DNA of 64,000 nt from a phage: assembly GCA_028130375.1 (NCBI GenBank), contig GCA_028130375.1_3658.1, one strand, 5' to 3'. The notes beneath the pieces were generated by a model. It was not told the origin of the DNA. It did not search any database and was given only the letters and a program-made list of their open reading frames with translations. Numbering within the stretch: the first letter of the stretch is position 1; each line of letters begins with the position of its first letter. This document shows positions 1 to 10,119 of this stretch, one piece after another. A program made the translations under genes and the position numbers.

Positions 1-1
1 A

Positions 2-18
2 GGGGAGGCCTCCTCCCC
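2..18 (+). promoter_or_regulatory. 5' stem-loop (GGGGAGG / CCTCCCC, 3-nt loop) directly upstream of the RBS of the first gene
   Basis: Perfect 7-bp inverted repeat at 2-8/12-18, followed by AAGGAGAG and ATG at 46; same hairpin-RBS layout recurs upstream of many genes. Confidence 0.35.
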
Positions 19-45
19 ACAAAAAACTAAGGAGAGCACCAAACG

Positions 46-1371
46 ATGAGCAAAACCAAATTAGAACTTACCTGGATAGGTAAAAACGAGCGCAAAAAGT
101 TAGAGCCCCACATTTTGTTAGAAGATTCTAGCAAATCTTACCACAGCCAGAAAGTGACCGAAAACGATATTTTTGATAATAAACTGATTTTTGGAGATAA
201 CTTATTAGCATTGAAGGCGCTAGAGCAAGAGTATGCAGGCAAAGTGAAGTGTGTTTACATAGACCCACCATTCAATACCGGGAGGGCTTTTGAGCATTAC
301 GATGATAGCCTGGAGCATTCCATTTGGCTGGGCTTAATGAGGGATAGGTTAGAAATAATTCGTAATCTTCTAAGTGATGATGGGGTAATATTCGTTCACT
401 TAGATGATTGCGAAATGGCGTATTTAAAAGTTTTGATGGACGAGATTTTTGGTCGTGCAAATCAGTTAAATACCATATCGATGACCACAAATTCCCCTTC
501 GGGATTTAAGGCAACAGGAGCCACAGTTTTCTCCACAGCAAACTTTTTGCTTGTATATGCAAAAGATCGCACCCAGAAACCGCTTAACAAAATCTATATA
601 CCTAAAGGGTATGATACAGGATATAACAAATACCTATTAAACCCGGATGACCATTATAAAAATTGGACGTGGTGCGGTATTGCCGATGCGTTTGCAAAGG
701 CCAATGGCTATAAAGATGCAAAAGAAGCCAAGAAAAAACTGCCTGATACATTCGATGATGAATTAGCACAATTCGCAATTGATAATGCAGAACGTGTATT
801 TCAATCTGTTGCAATTGGTGGTGGTGCTAAAATAAAGAGAAAAGAAACTATCGAGAAGTCAAAGAAAGATAGGGATAAGGTTTATGTACATCCAAATGAG
901 GATGTTGAAGGATTTTATATCGCAAATGGTAGGCAAATGGTCTTTTACTCCAATAGGCTTTTGGAAATTGACGGTGAGATGCAACCTGCGGAACTAATAA
1001 CTGATGTTTGGACAGACATTAGTTGGAATGGAATAGCAAATGAAGGCGGCGTTAGTTTCAAAAATGGGAAAAAACCAGAAGCGCTTTTGAAGCGGATTTT
1101 CGAAATGTGCACGCGAGAAGGCGATTTGGTATTGGATTCATTCGGTGGTTCTGGAACTACTGCTGCTGTAGCTCATAAGATGAAAAGACGCTGGATCTCA
1201 ATCGAGCTAGGTGATCATTGTCATACCCATATTATTCCGCGCTTGGAAAAAGTGATCGATGGCGAAGATCAAGGTGGTATTTCTAAGTCTGTAAACTGGC
1301 AAGGTGGTGGTGGCTTCCGTTATTACAAACTTGCCCCGGCCTTAGTTGCGAAAGATAAGTCTGATCAATAA
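46..1371 (+). CDS. DNA methyltransferase, beta-class amino-MTase (N6-adenine or N4-cytosine); motif IV DPPF precedes motif I
   Basis: 441 aa; ..VYIDPPFNTG.. near N-terminus and ..DSFGGSGTTAAVA.. (FxGxG SAM-binding) near C-terminus; RBS AAGGAGAG. Confidence 0.8.
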   Translation: MSKTKLELTWIGKNERKKLEPHILLEDSSKSYHSQKVTENDIFDNKLIFGDNLLALKALEQEYAGKVKCVYIDPPFNTGRAFEHYDDSLEHSIWLGLMRDRLEIIRNLLSDDGVIFVHLDDCEMAYLKVLMDEIFGRANQLNTISMTTNSPSGFKATGATVFSTANFLLVYAKDRTQKPLNKIYIPKGYDTGYNKYLLNPDDHYKNWTWCGIADAFAKANGYKDAKEAKKKLPDTFDDELAQFAIDNAERVFQSVAIGGGAKIKRKETIEKSKKDRDKVYVHPNEDVEGFYIANGRQMVFYSNRLLEIDGEMQPAELITDVWTDISWNGIANEGGVSFKNGKKPEALLKRIFEMCTREGDLVLDSFGGSGTTAAVAHKMKRRWISIELGDHCHTHIIPRLEKVIDGEDQGGISKSVNWQGGGGFRYYKLAPALVAKDKSDQ

Positions 1372-1384
1372 AGAGTACAATCAA

Positions 1385-1690
1385 ATGATGAAACGTTATA
1401 AACCATACACTTTTGAAATCGATTTCGAACTTGACGATATGTTCACTGTGGAAGCTCAGGCAGTTGTCCAGTTGCCAGACCCAGAGTGTCGTGATTCTGA
1501 TGTTGACTATTATGGATTTAGACAGATCACTGATGTGCATGTTTACCACAACGGTGAAGAGGTGGACTTCCACAAACTGCCAAACGATATGCGCCACTCA
1601 ATTTACAAACGTGCAGCCCGTGAACTAGAGTCCTATCTTGATGCAGCGACGACAGCAGCTGCATTTGCCGAAGAAGTGGGAGGTTTCTGA
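1385..1690 (+). CDS. hypothetical protein
   Basis: ORF; first ATG after upstream stop at 1369-1371 chosen over the track start 1346. Confidence 0.45.
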   Translation: MMKRYKPYTFEIDFELDDMFTVEAQAVVQLPDPECRDSDVDYYGFRQITDVHVYHNGEEVDFHKLPNDMRHSIYKRAARELESYLDAATTAAAFAEEVGGF

Positions 1691-2085
1691 TGATTACAGA
1701 TGTGAAGATTGTCCAATACCACTTAACCAAGTTGGAAGATGCTGAGAAAGAGCTTGCAGAAGTTCTGAATAGTGGATATACTTTGCTATCATGCGCCTGC
1801 TCAGACACCTACGCTGTGTGGACACTTATCAGGAAGGAAGAGCCTGCAGGGATCTTGGTGCCAAACCCTAAGATTATTAGTGAGGTGGATGACTACCCCC
1901 AGGACGGCCTGCCAGAAGGCTGGGAAGTATGGGAAGGTGGTGAAAACCCTGCACCAGGTAAGTGGGTAAAATACAAACTACGTAGTGGTGCACAGTACGC
2001 TGACTACTCTGATGACCTAGACTGGAGTCATTCTTCACCAGGATCATCTGCAAGTTCATATGATATCGTTGCTTTTCAGGAATAA
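1690..2085 (+). CDS. hypothetical protein
   Basis: 131 aa ORF; ATG overlaps upstream stop (TGATG); GGGAGG RBS. Confidence 0.5.
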   Translation: MITDVKIVQYHLTKLEDAEKELAEVLNSGYTLLSCACSDTYAVWTLIRKEEPAGILVPNPKIISEVDDYPQDGLPEGWEVWEGGENPAPGKWVKYKLRSGAQYADYSDDLDWSHSSPGSSASSYDIVAFQE

Positions 2086-2097
2086 GGAGAGGGTGTT

Positions 2098-2580
2098 ATG
2101 TCAGATTTTATGTGGAAAGTAGGCTATGCCACTCCTGAAATGTGCGAGGCTTGCTTTGTGAAAATAGGCCGCGAGGATATCGACAAAGTGATCCTTAAGT
2201 TTCGTGATGTGGCTGTGATCGGCAACCGAGTGCTTAAGCACTTAAAGAATCTGAAGCTCACTAAAAAGAAGTTCTTCGGGCTTTTCGAAGAGAAAGTTGA
2301 TGCTTGGACCCATTGCATTCAGGAAGCTAAATCTCACTACAGTGCTATCGTTACTCCAGAACGGGTAGCTAAGATGGAAGGATTCATTAACAGCACAGAA
2401 TTTGAGTGTCTGAAAGCTGCACTCGATAGTTATCCGAAATGCCTTAAGCACTTGGACAAGTATGCAGAAAAGGATGGGGAAATGTATCTAACCCTGGACG
2501 CATATTATGAGATGCAAGAAATTTTAAATTTAGATTTGACATTGGTATCCACCGAGTATACAATAGGTATCCGGGTTTAA
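2098..2580 (+). CDS. hypothetical protein
   Basis: 160 aa ORF; RBS AAGGAGAGGG 6 nt upstream. Confidence 0.55.
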   Translation: MSDFMWKVGYATPEMCEACFVKIGREDIDKVILKFRDVAVIGNRVLKHLKNLKLTKKKFFGLFEEKVDAWTHCIQEAKSHYSAIVTPERVAKMEGFINSTEFECLKAALDSYPKCLKHLDKYAEKDGEMYLTLDAYYEMQEILNLDLTLVSTEYTIGIRV

Positions 2581-2586
2581 CACTAG

Positions 2587-2613
2587 GCCCTGCCCGAAAG
2601 GGTGGGGCTTTTT
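2587..2613 (+). terminator. intrinsic terminator (GCCCTGCCC-GAAA-GGGTGGGGC, T5)
   Basis: 9-bp stem with two G-U pairs, GNRA tetraloop, then TTTTT; identical copy at 12754-12781. Confidence 0.6.
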
Positions 2614-3396
2614 GCATTAGGAGACAGCAAATTGAAATTTATCTACAAAGAACACTACCACAAAGGTGTTGTGTGGAGTCTATTTGACGGGTCTGGTGGT
2701 GCAGTCATTGACTGGGCAAAAGCTGGGTACCTGTGCCTGTGCTTTAATGCAGAAGGCGCTGATCACGGCAGTTATGCAGAGGTGATCACCGATCATCCCA
2801 ACATTCACTATGTGGACTATTGGATTGACCCGTGGTTCCCTCAGGAAACTTTTTGCATGTATCCGGCTCCAGATTTTATTCTTGCATTTCCTCCGTGCAC
2901 GCATTTAGCGGTATCAGGTGCTGCACATTTTAAGAAAAAGCTGGCTAAGGACCCCATGATCCAAATTAATGCTGTAAAGGATGCTCGGGTTGCGGAAGAG
3001 CTGGGAGAGATTTACGATTGCCCGTGGCATGTAGAGAATCCTGTGGGTGTTATGTCCACACTGTGGCGCAAACCTGATTACCGTTTTCACCCTTCGGATT
3101 ATGGCGGGTATTTACCGGAAGATGATGTAAACCCATGGTTTCCTGAATTTATAGCTCCACGTGATGCCTATCCAAAAATAACTTGCGGCTGGATAGGTAA
3201 TGGATTTATAATCCCAGCCACAAAACCTGTCCCGCAAATAGTTGACGCGGTTAGCGGGTATTCCATGCAACACGCCAAGCTGGGTGGAAAGAGTGCAAGA
3301 ACGAAGATGATTCGAAGCCTCACACCACGTGGCTGGGCAAAAGCCGTATTCCTAGCAAACGAGCCTGTAGTAAGGAGCAGAATTAATGGGAAGTAA
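2602..3396 (+). CDS. DNA (cytosine-5)-methyltransferase-like protein, compact and divergent
   Basis: Motif I-like SLFDGSGG, motif IV-like AFPPCTHLAVSGA (PC with catalytic Cys, T replacing Q), motif VI-like VENPVG; track start is GTG inside the terminator, a TTG at 2632 behind AGGAGA may be the true start. Confidence 0.5.
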   Translation: MGLFALGDSKLKFIYKEHYHKGVVWSLFDGSGGAVIDWAKAGYLCLCFNAEGADHGSYAEVITDHPNIHYVDYWIDPWFPQETFCMYPAPDFILAFPPCTHLAVSGAAHFKKKLAKDPMIQINAVKDARVAEELGEIYDCPWHVENPVGVMSTLWRKPDYRFHPSDYGGYLPEDDVNPWFPEFIAPRDAYPKITCGWIGNGFIIPATKPVPQIVDAVSGYSMQHAKLGGKSARTKMIRSLTPRGWAKAVFLANEPVVRSRINGK

Positions 3397-5464
3397 ATTT
3401 ATGGCATCTGCATACAACCGTTTCGGTGAGCCAAACCCGAAAGCAACTAAGTATAAAAGTGGGGGAAGTGTGAAACGAGACTATCGTGATGAAAAAGAAG
3501 TTGAAACTGTAGAGACTGTTTTAGAAAATACTAAAATTGTCCCTGTCCCACAACAAAATATCGGTCTGATGGCTGCACAATATTTTGGTGTGCGATCAGC
3601 ATTGTCACAAGAAGACGGTGTGACAGTCACTGCAACATATTTCCCATATTACGACCGCTACGGAAATCTGTCCGGTTTCAAAAAGCGTGACTGGACTATT
3701 CCTAAAGAACAAAGGGGCCACTTCTCCGTTGTTGGCATCGTAAAGGCCAACTCCCAGATGTTTGGTCAAAAGCTGTGTGCATCTTCCAACAACCGTAAGC
3801 AGATTAACGTTTGTGAGGGAGAAGGTGATGTTATTGCAGCATGGCAGGCTGCATATCAGATACAAGTAAAAGGGATTCTCACCAACGCTAAAGCCCCGGC
3901 AAAGGTGAAGCAGTGGGCTAAAGAGGTCCAGGACGGGATCGACGCAGTTATCAACGGTGGTGATCTGGCAGGAAAACCCTGCCTGCCTTTTGTTGGAATT
4001 AACTGTGGATGTGCAAACGCAGTAGATACTTTTGCAAACAATGAGAAGTTTATCCGTAGCTATGGAACAGTTGTACTGGCAATGGATAACGATGCAGCTA
4101 ACGAGGTAGAGAAGCAAAAACACGTCATTAAAGGTGTTGAGGCCACGCACAATATCGCAGCATTTTTGATGGCTGATAACGTTTACCACGTAGAATACCC
4201 TGGTGAAGTAAATGACCCTGACGGGGTAAAAGATATCCGTGACATGCTGAAGGCTAAAAAGCTGGAAGATATTGTCAACATGTTCCGGCATCCTGTTAAA
4301 TATGTGCCTGATGCTGTGTCGGATTTAGAAGACTTCTCTATCGAGTCTTTGCGGAAAAAGACTTCCAACGGGGTAGATATCAGCGCAGAGTTCCCAAAAC
4401 TGCAAAAAATGCTAAAAGGCTTGCACAAAGGGACACTCGTAATGCTTACAGGGCCATCAGGGGGCGGTAAAACAACTGTAGCTAAAAAACTGGAACATTG
4501 TATTGCAAGATACCTAATGGACCCGACATGCCCGAAGGCTGATGACTATGAAGAGGATGATCGTCTATGTATGATCCATCTTGAGGAGGACCCAGAGGAA
4601 GCAATTAACTCCTTGTATGCAAACCAGTTAGGGTTTGATGTTAAAGAGTTTGTTGAAGATCCTAGCCAGTTTTTAACTGATCAAGAACACGCAGAGATTC
4701 ACCAATCATGGGCAAAAGCTGGAAAAATCAAAGTGTTCAAACATTTCGGGTCTATTCCGGTGGATGAGTTGATTACCAAGCTTAAGCAAATGGTTTGCCT
4801 GTACCATTGCCGTTATATTGTGCTGGATCACCTGTCCATGGTAATTTCAGGGCTTAATGTTAAGGATGAGCGAAAAGAACTGGACATGGCTATGACTCAG
4901 CTGGCTGCGTTTTGTAAGCAGTTTAACGTGTTTATCTTGGTGATCGCTCACCTCAAACGTACAGAGATTGTGCCTCCTAAGGACAAGGATGGTAACCCGT
5001 TACCTTTCTGGTATCCTGTGCGAAAAGAGAATTTGCGAGGATCGGCGGGGCTTGAACAGTTGAGTTGGGTAGTCATAGGTGTCGAGGCCGAAGAAATGGT
5101 GGATCGTTCTCGTGGACGTGTCCGTCTGGTAGGTCTTAAAAACCGTCCAGCAAAAACTCTAGGTATTGCTGACACTTTGGTTATGGACCCGCACACAGGT
5201 AAGTTCCATGATGCCAGTAATTGGTACTGGGACAAAGAAATGCAAATGTTTACAGACGGAGAAGGTGGGGAGGTTGTTTGGAGACCTCAAGCTATGTTTG
5301 AGGATCAGGAGCATGCAGTTGTAGAAACACCTATGGGCAAGGTTGTGGCTGATAAGGTTGTAACTCCTACTGTTAAGCCTGTTGACACGCAGGAAGACCT
5401 CCAGTACGATGATCCATCCTCTGACCAGGTCCCTGGTTTTGAGGATGATGAAACGCCTTTTTAA
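3386..5464 (+). CDS. DNA primase/helicase (T7 gp4-like: TOPRIM primase + DnaB-family helicase)
   Basis: 692 aa; TOPRIM-like CEGEGDVIAAW and VLAMDNDAANE; Walker A LTGPSGGGKTT, Walker B IVLDHLS; acidic C-terminus ..FEDDETPF; RBS AAGGAG. Confidence 0.88.
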   Translation: MGSKFMASAYNRFGEPNPKATKYKSGGSVKRDYRDEKEVETVETVLENTKIVPVPQQNIGLMAAQYFGVRSALSQEDGVTVTATYFPYYDRYGNLSGFKKRDWTIPKEQRGHFSVVGIVKANSQMFGQKLCASSNNRKQINVCEGEGDVIAAWQAAYQIQVKGILTNAKAPAKVKQWAKEVQDGIDAVINGGDLAGKPCLPFVGINCGCANAVDTFANNEKFIRSYGTVVLAMDNDAANEVEKQKHVIKGVEATHNIAAFLMADNVYHVEYPGEVNDPDGVKDIRDMLKAKKLEDIVNMFRHPVKYVPDAVSDLEDFSIESLRKKTSNGVDISAEFPKLQKMLKGLHKGTLVMLTGPSGGGKTTVAKKLEHCIARYLMDPTCPKADDYEEDDRLCMIHLEEDPEEAINSLYANQLGFDVKEFVEDPSQFLTDQEHAEIHQSWAKAGKIKVFKHFGSIPVDELITKLKQMVCLYHCRYIVLDHLSMVISGLNVKDERKELDMAMTQLAAFCKQFNVFILVIAHLKRTEIVPPKDKDGNPLPFWYPVRKENLRGSAGLEQLSWVVIGVEAEEMVDRSRGRVRLVGLKNRPAKTLGIADTLVMDPHTGKFHDASNWYWDKEMQMFTDGEGGEVVWRPQAMFEDQEHAVVETPMGKVVADKVVTPTVKPVDTQEDLQYDDPSSDQVPGFEDDETPF

Positions 5465-5522
5465 TGTTTAACAAAGAGTGGGAGGGGTAGTACAACCGCC
5501 TCCCCTTTAAGGAGAACTGTAT

Positions 5523-8300
5523 ATGAGCATGTGGTCGTTCGATTTTGAGTCATCCGGTTTGCTGGAAGACCCAGATCTTTATTATCACTGCGGTCTGTTT
5601 AAAGAGCTGAATAAGAACCGTTTTATGCTGTTCCTTCCTCTAAATGACCGCACACACTACTCCGAGGAGGATATGGAGAAGGCTAAGAACTTTATTCTGG
5701 CAAAGAAAACTCTTTATAAAGATTTTGAAGTTCGCATAGCAGATTTTTCGGAGTTGGAAGGTTGGCTCACAGGCAATTCCGACTGGTCACCAACAGCTTT
5801 GAACTGCCATAACTGCTACAGTTATGACTTTATGCTGATGGAAAGATTATCCGGTATTCATTTTGATATGTTCCGTGATCCTAAATGCATGGGGACTATC
5901 AACGACCACCAGGTTAACCTGTTTGATACGTTGGCGATGAGCCGAATCTTATGGCCTGATCGCCCTTTACCAAAAGGTTGTCCTGACTCCGTATTCAACC
6001 CGGTTACTAAGAAAATGCAGCCTGTTGGTCCTCACGGCCTTATGGCATGGGGCTACGCCCTTGGTAACCAGAAAGTTCAAATTGATGACTGGCGCGATCT
6101 TCCGTTGTGGAAGTATGTGGATCGTGTATTCGAGGACGTTATCATCCAGGAGCTGCTCTGGAAAGAGCTGGTAGCGGAATCAAAAGGTGTATTCTACGGC
6201 AAATCTGACATGCAGAACTTTATGTACGATCCTGCCAAAGAGAAGCCGAAAGGGTTCAAGAAGATCACCTGGAAGAACGCATTGCGCCGGGGTATGCTGC
6301 AACACTTCCTGATGGAGCTGCAGGCCCGTCAGGGTGTGTATTTTGACATAGATGGAGCTATTGCTTTACGTGACCGTTGCGATGCGTGGATGAAAGAAAT
6401 CGCTGATCGTGTTGAACCGCAACTACCTTTAAAAGAGCTGTCAATGTCTCAGCGGCCCAAGTTCCCTGAAAAGCCGTTTAACCAAGATGGGACAATCTCC
6501 AATAATGGTTGGAAATGGTTAAAAGATAAGCTTGGCTATCCTGTAGATATGAGCGCTTTAGAGTTCAAAGCCCCGCCTAAGCGAGCATTTACCTCTACAG
6601 GAGATGTCAGTAAGATGGGGATAAAATGGTGTGAAGAGATGGGCTGCAAAGACCCCGATAAGATGGCTGATTTCTTGAGAGGCTATATTAAGGGCACCTC
6701 CACACCACAACCTTTACCTAAAGAGCTAATGGATCAGGCAATAAGTGATCTACAGCAGAAGCGAATGCCGGACTGCAAGATACCTATGAAAATCAGCAAC
6801 CAGGACGACATTAAGCGATACCTGATCAGTGCTGGTTGGCTTCCAACAATGTGGAGAACTAAGGATGTAACTAAAGACAGCAAGAAGAAAGCTCTACCTG
6901 ATGCAGATGTTGATGCACGAGTATATGCATATATGGACGAGCTTTTAGAGTCAGAGTATTGTGACCTGATTATCAACTTCTGGAACAAAACTGATGCTAA
7001 GTTCCAGACAACCGTGCACAAGTTCCGAAGCTTTCCTAACTCCGAAAGGATTAAAAAGGAAGTATTCGGGAAAATACGTAGAAAAGCTAGGGCACTTATT
7101 ACTTCTCCGCAACTGAAAGATACGTTTGGACACCTATGCCCTAATCTTGAAAAATTGAACGGAGAGATGGCTAAAGATATCGTCTTGTGGTTATCATTGC
7201 GAAACCGCAGATCGGTCCTTGATCCAATCAAGGAGGATAAGGTTGATACTGGTCTTCTTAATCACCCACGTTTGAAGATTGACCATAAGCTTCCTGCTAA
7301 AAGTTCTGGATTAACAAACACTTCCCGACAGAAACACAGTATTTGTGCAAACATGCCTAAACCATCTCCTAAAGTGGTTATGGGTAAAGAGATGCGTAGT
7401 CTGTGGGGTGTTCCTCCAGGATACTTTGAGATCGGTATTGACGGGTCCAACTTAGAGCAGCTTATCGGGGCTTGGGGTGCCTTTGAGTTCGACAACGGCC
7501 TGTATTACGATGTTGTAAGTAACGGGGACGCACACCAAAACAATGCTGAGGCATATACAAAAGTAGCAGGTAGAGAGGTGTCTCGTAACGACGGTAAACC
7601 TATCACGTATGGGGTTATGTATGGGGCACAAAAAGATAAAGTTGCAGATATGCTGGACATCTCTCCAGAGTTGGGACAAAGGGTAATCGATGCACTCTGG
7701 GATGCCAACCCTGGTCTTAAGGGGCGTAAAGAAGATCTGGAGAAATTCTGGGAAGCAACGGGTAAGAAGTTTATCTACTCTTTTGATGGTCATGCTATCT
7801 GGACCCGATCTAAACACTCTTTACTTAATGCATACCAACAAAATGGCGGTGCATCGTTGTGTGATTTAGTTGGGATACTCATGCACCACCAAATGGTGAA
7901 GCGTGGGTGGTACGATGAAGGTGTCCGTCGTATTATTTATTACCATGACGAATATCAGCTTCAAGTCCCTGACACACCGAAGTATAAGACTGTGTACACC
8001 TTCGACACAATTGAAGAACTGGAAGCATTTAAGGCAGAACAGGAGGCCAAACTTCATGTGTTCGACGGTCATAAGTACAAAAAGGCACGCAAAGATGAGG
8101 ACGGAAACGAAGTAGTTGACAGGGACGGAAACACGGTGTACGATCCTATCCTGAACGATGACGGAAAGCTTGAGCTTATCTGGAGCCCTGTGGGTGAAAT
8201 GGTGGTGCATTGCTTCTGGCAAGCTTCTAAAATGATGGGAGTCCCGTTCCAGATCACAGGTGAATACCTGTGTGGTCGTAATTGGGGTGATTGTCACTAA
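5523..8300 (+). CDS. DNA polymerase, family A, with N-terminal 3'-5' proofreading exonuclease
   Basis: 925 aa; Exo I MWSFDFESSG; motif B ..KPITYGVMYGAQ..; motif C ..YYHDEYQ..; RBS TAAGGAG. Confidence 0.9.
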   Translation: MSMWSFDFESSGLLEDPDLYYHCGLFKELNKNRFMLFLPLNDRTHYSEEDMEKAKNFILAKKTLYKDFEVRIADFSELEGWLTGNSDWSPTALNCHNCYSYDFMLMERLSGIHFDMFRDPKCMGTINDHQVNLFDTLAMSRILWPDRPLPKGCPDSVFNPVTKKMQPVGPHGLMAWGYALGNQKVQIDDWRDLPLWKYVDRVFEDVIIQELLWKELVAESKGVFYGKSDMQNFMYDPAKEKPKGFKKITWKNALRRGMLQHFLMELQARQGVYFDIDGAIALRDRCDAWMKEIADRVEPQLPLKELSMSQRPKFPEKPFNQDGTISNNGWKWLKDKLGYPVDMSALEFKAPPKRAFTSTGDVSKMGIKWCEEMGCKDPDKMADFLRGYIKGTSTPQPLPKELMDQAISDLQQKRMPDCKIPMKISNQDDIKRYLISAGWLPTMWRTKDVTKDSKKKALPDADVDARVYAYMDELLESEYCDLIINFWNKTDAKFQTTVHKFRSFPNSERIKKEVFGKIRRKARALITSPQLKDTFGHLCPNLEKLNGEMAKDIVLWLSLRNRRSVLDPIKEDKVDTGLLNHPRLKIDHKLPAKSSGLTNTSRQKHSICANMPKPSPKVVMGKEMRSLWGVPPGYFEIGIDGSNLEQLIGAWGAFEFDNGLYYDVVSNGDAHQNNAEAYTKVAGREVSRNDGKPITYGVMYGAQKDKVADMLDISPELGQRVIDALWDANPGLKGRKEDLEKFWEATGKKFIYSFDGHAIWTRSKHSLLNAYQQNGGASLCDLVGILMHHQMVKRGWYDEGVRRIIYYHDEYQLQVPDTPKYKTVYTFDTIEELEAFKAEQEAKLHVFDGHKYKKARKDEDGNEVVDRDGNTVYDPILNDDGKLELIWSPVGEMVVHCFWQASKMMGVPFQITGEYLCGRNWGDCH

Positions 8301-8349
8301 TGTAAACTATCAACACATGGAAGTGTTGTTGAGCAAAGAGGAGACTTTT

Positions 8350-8667
8350 ATGGTAGTAGAACCAACAAAAACATTTACATCCATGACTATCCCTGTTATT
8401 ATGCAGGTGGAGTGTGTTCAGGTATCTCAAGTGTGGCCAGGCACTAAAATCCCAACAGGGCCTGATTTCTTTCAGGTTGGGAAAGTGTACAATGTCTGGA
8501 AGGCACCAGATTGTCACCCTTTCATTAAAGAGAAGGCACCAAATTGCTACCCTTTCATCAAAGATGACCGTGGAATGCTGTGGTATCTTGGAAATGATTT
8601 GACACTGCACCTTGGGAATGCTATTATTGCAGTATTCAGACTTAACAAGAAGGAGACTGATCAATGA
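8350..8667 (+). CDS. hypothetical protein
   Basis: ORF; internal ATG at 8350 behind AAAGAGGAG chosen over GTG 8260 that overlaps the polymerase. Confidence 0.45.
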   Translation: MVVEPTKTFTSMTIPVIMQVECVQVSQVWPGTKIPTGPDFFQVGKVYNVWKAPDCHPFIKEKAPNCYPFIKDDRGMLWYLGNDLTLHLGNAIIAVFRLNKKETDQ

Positions 8668-8891
8668 CGACTTTGGTTAAAGCTACCTTTGTAGAAGAAA
8701 AGATGACAGACCTGTCATTCTTTAAAGAAGGAAAGACCTACGAGGTTTATTACGATAAAGCTCGTGCAAACAAGATGATTAAAGACGAGGAAGGGATTGC
8801 CTGGTTTATCTCCCATCTGGCAAACGGTGAGTATCATATCTACGGAACCACCCTGCTTGCCAAGTTTGTAGCTGTTGAAGAGGACCTATGA
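8664..8891 (+). CDS. hypothetical protein
   Basis: 75 aa ORF; RBS AAGGAG; ATGA overlap with upstream stop. Confidence 0.5.
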   Translation: MTTLVKATFVEEKMTDLSFFKEGKTYEVYYDKARANKMIKDEEGIAWFISHLANGEYHIYGTTLLAKFVAVEEDL

Positions 8892-9082
8892 AAGTAAAGT
8901 ATCTGGCTGAGGGTATGAGTAGGTATTTCACCCTTGGTGAAGAATATTGGCCCTTTACAAGCAACGGCGATGTCTACGTGAAAGATAATTTCGGCACGCC
9001 GTGGTTTCTGCACCCTAATGGGCTGGGATACTCCATTTACTGCGGTGCAGTGAACAACACAACACTTGCAGAGTTTGTATAG
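8888..9082 (+). CDS. hypothetical protein
   Basis: 64 aa ORF, coupled to upstream gene. Confidence 0.45.
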   Translation: MKVKYLAEGMSRYFTLGEEYWPFTSNGDVYVKDNFGTPWFLHPNGLGYSIYCGAVNNTTLAEFV

Positions 9083-9092
9083 AGGAGGTAGA

Positions 9093-9464
9093 ATGTTAGT
9101 AAAAGGTACCCACACAGTCAAACAACGTATTGAAGTTGAGATTGATGACTGCGAGCTGAAGCATATTTTACGGTCATGCTCCAACGTTTTGCTCCTTAGC
9201 ATTCTTCAGGAGCGAGCAGAGAACGAGTTCTTAAATGCACTGGCAGGCCGTCCTGGTGACTTCTGTGTGCGTAAGCGTGGTGACAACAAGTCATGGCTGT
9301 GGGAAATCGATGCCGACTGGGATTACCACAAAAATGAGGGTATAGATGAGCCTATTCGTGAATTGACAGACAAAGAGGTTCAGATGTACAATGAAGTTTG
9401 TCATTGGGCAACACGCCAACAAATTTACCTCGACCCTGTGTGGTTGATTGAAAATAGTCATTGA
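9093..9464 (+). CDS. hypothetical protein
   Basis: ORF; ATG 9093 behind GAGGAGG chosen over TTG 9066. Confidence 0.5.
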   Translation: MLVKGTHTVKQRIEVEIDDCELKHILRSCSNVLLLSILQERAENEFLNALAGRPGDFCVRKRGDNKSWLWEIDADWDYHKNEGIDEPIRELTDKEVQMYNEVCHWATRQQIYLDPVWLIENSH

Positions 9465-9540
9465 CAAGAAGTAAGATTAGATATAAGATGCTTCACACAA
9501 ACAGAGCGTTGATTGTTTAACACTTAAGGAGACCGCTAAG

Positions 9541-9795
9541 ATGAAAATTACTTTGAAGCCAGAATGCGTTGCAAATGACCGAGCTTTTAAAGATTGCACA
9601 GTCGGTGCAATTTATGAAGCAGAGTTTTGTGAGAACCCTCTGGTAAAAGCCCTTCTGGAAGAAGGGGCCCCTTTATCACAAGAAGAGATCGATGAGCTGG
9701 AAAACTCAGCACAGTGCCTTACCTTTAAAGATGACGAAGGAGACTCTGTCTGGTGCACTGTTAATGAAGTAGTTTTTGTAAAACCTGAACATTAA
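9541..9795 (+). CDS. hypothetical protein (paralogue of 9859-10119)
   Basis: 84 aa; RBS TAAGGAGA; shares ..RAFKDCT..(D/N)GD.V(W/F)CT.. with the next gene. Confidence 0.55.
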   Translation: MKITLKPECVANDRAFKDCTVGAIYEAEFCENPLVKALLEEGAPLSQEEIDELENSAQCLTFKDDEGDSVWCTVNEVVFVKPEH

Positions 9796-9798
9796 TAC

Positions 9799-9827
9799 TT
9801 GACAACAGTGATGGGGCCTAATATAAT
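9799..9827 (+). promoter_or_regulatory. sigma70-like promoter (TTGACA-17-TATAAT)
   Basis: Consensus -35 at 9799-9804 and -10 at 9822-9827 between the two paralogous genes. Confidence 0.55.
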
Positions 9828-9858
9828 GGCCCTATCAAAACGAAAGGGGACCACAGCA

Positions 9859-10119
9859 ATGACCAAACAATATCAACGAATTAAAGCCAAGGTTAAGCCA
9901 GACTATCTGGAGAAGGACTCTGCTTTTCGGGACTGCACAGCCGACAAAGTTTACACAGGGACTGTCCTGTTGAACGATAAACTTGAAGTAGATGTGCTGG
10001 GTAAAGAGGCCGTTATCGAGGATGACAACGGTGACTGTGTTTTCTGCACCACACGGGAGCTAGAAGTCTTAGAATACTTCGGTGAAATCTTCAACTCCTT
10101 AGACGACGAGGAAGCGTGA
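9859..10119 (+). CDS. hypothetical protein (paralogue of 9541-9795)
   Basis: ATG 9859 behind AAAGGGGA and downstream of the promoter; the track start 9799 lies in the -35 box. Confidence 0.5.
   Translation: MTKQYQRIKAKVKPDYLEKDSAFRDCTADKVYTGTVLLNDKLEVDVLGKEAVIEDDNGDCVFCTTRELEVLEYFGEIFNSLDDEEA

Noticed and set aside
3605-4291. Antisense ORFs inside the primase-helicase, polymerase and nrd genes (for example 3605-4291, 6734-7231, 7452-7817, 42792-43082, 46109-46312)
   Set aside because: They are fully embedded opposite well-supported genes, lack ribosome-binding sites and have Cys/Ser/Leu-rich composition typical of spurious reverse-frame ORFs.
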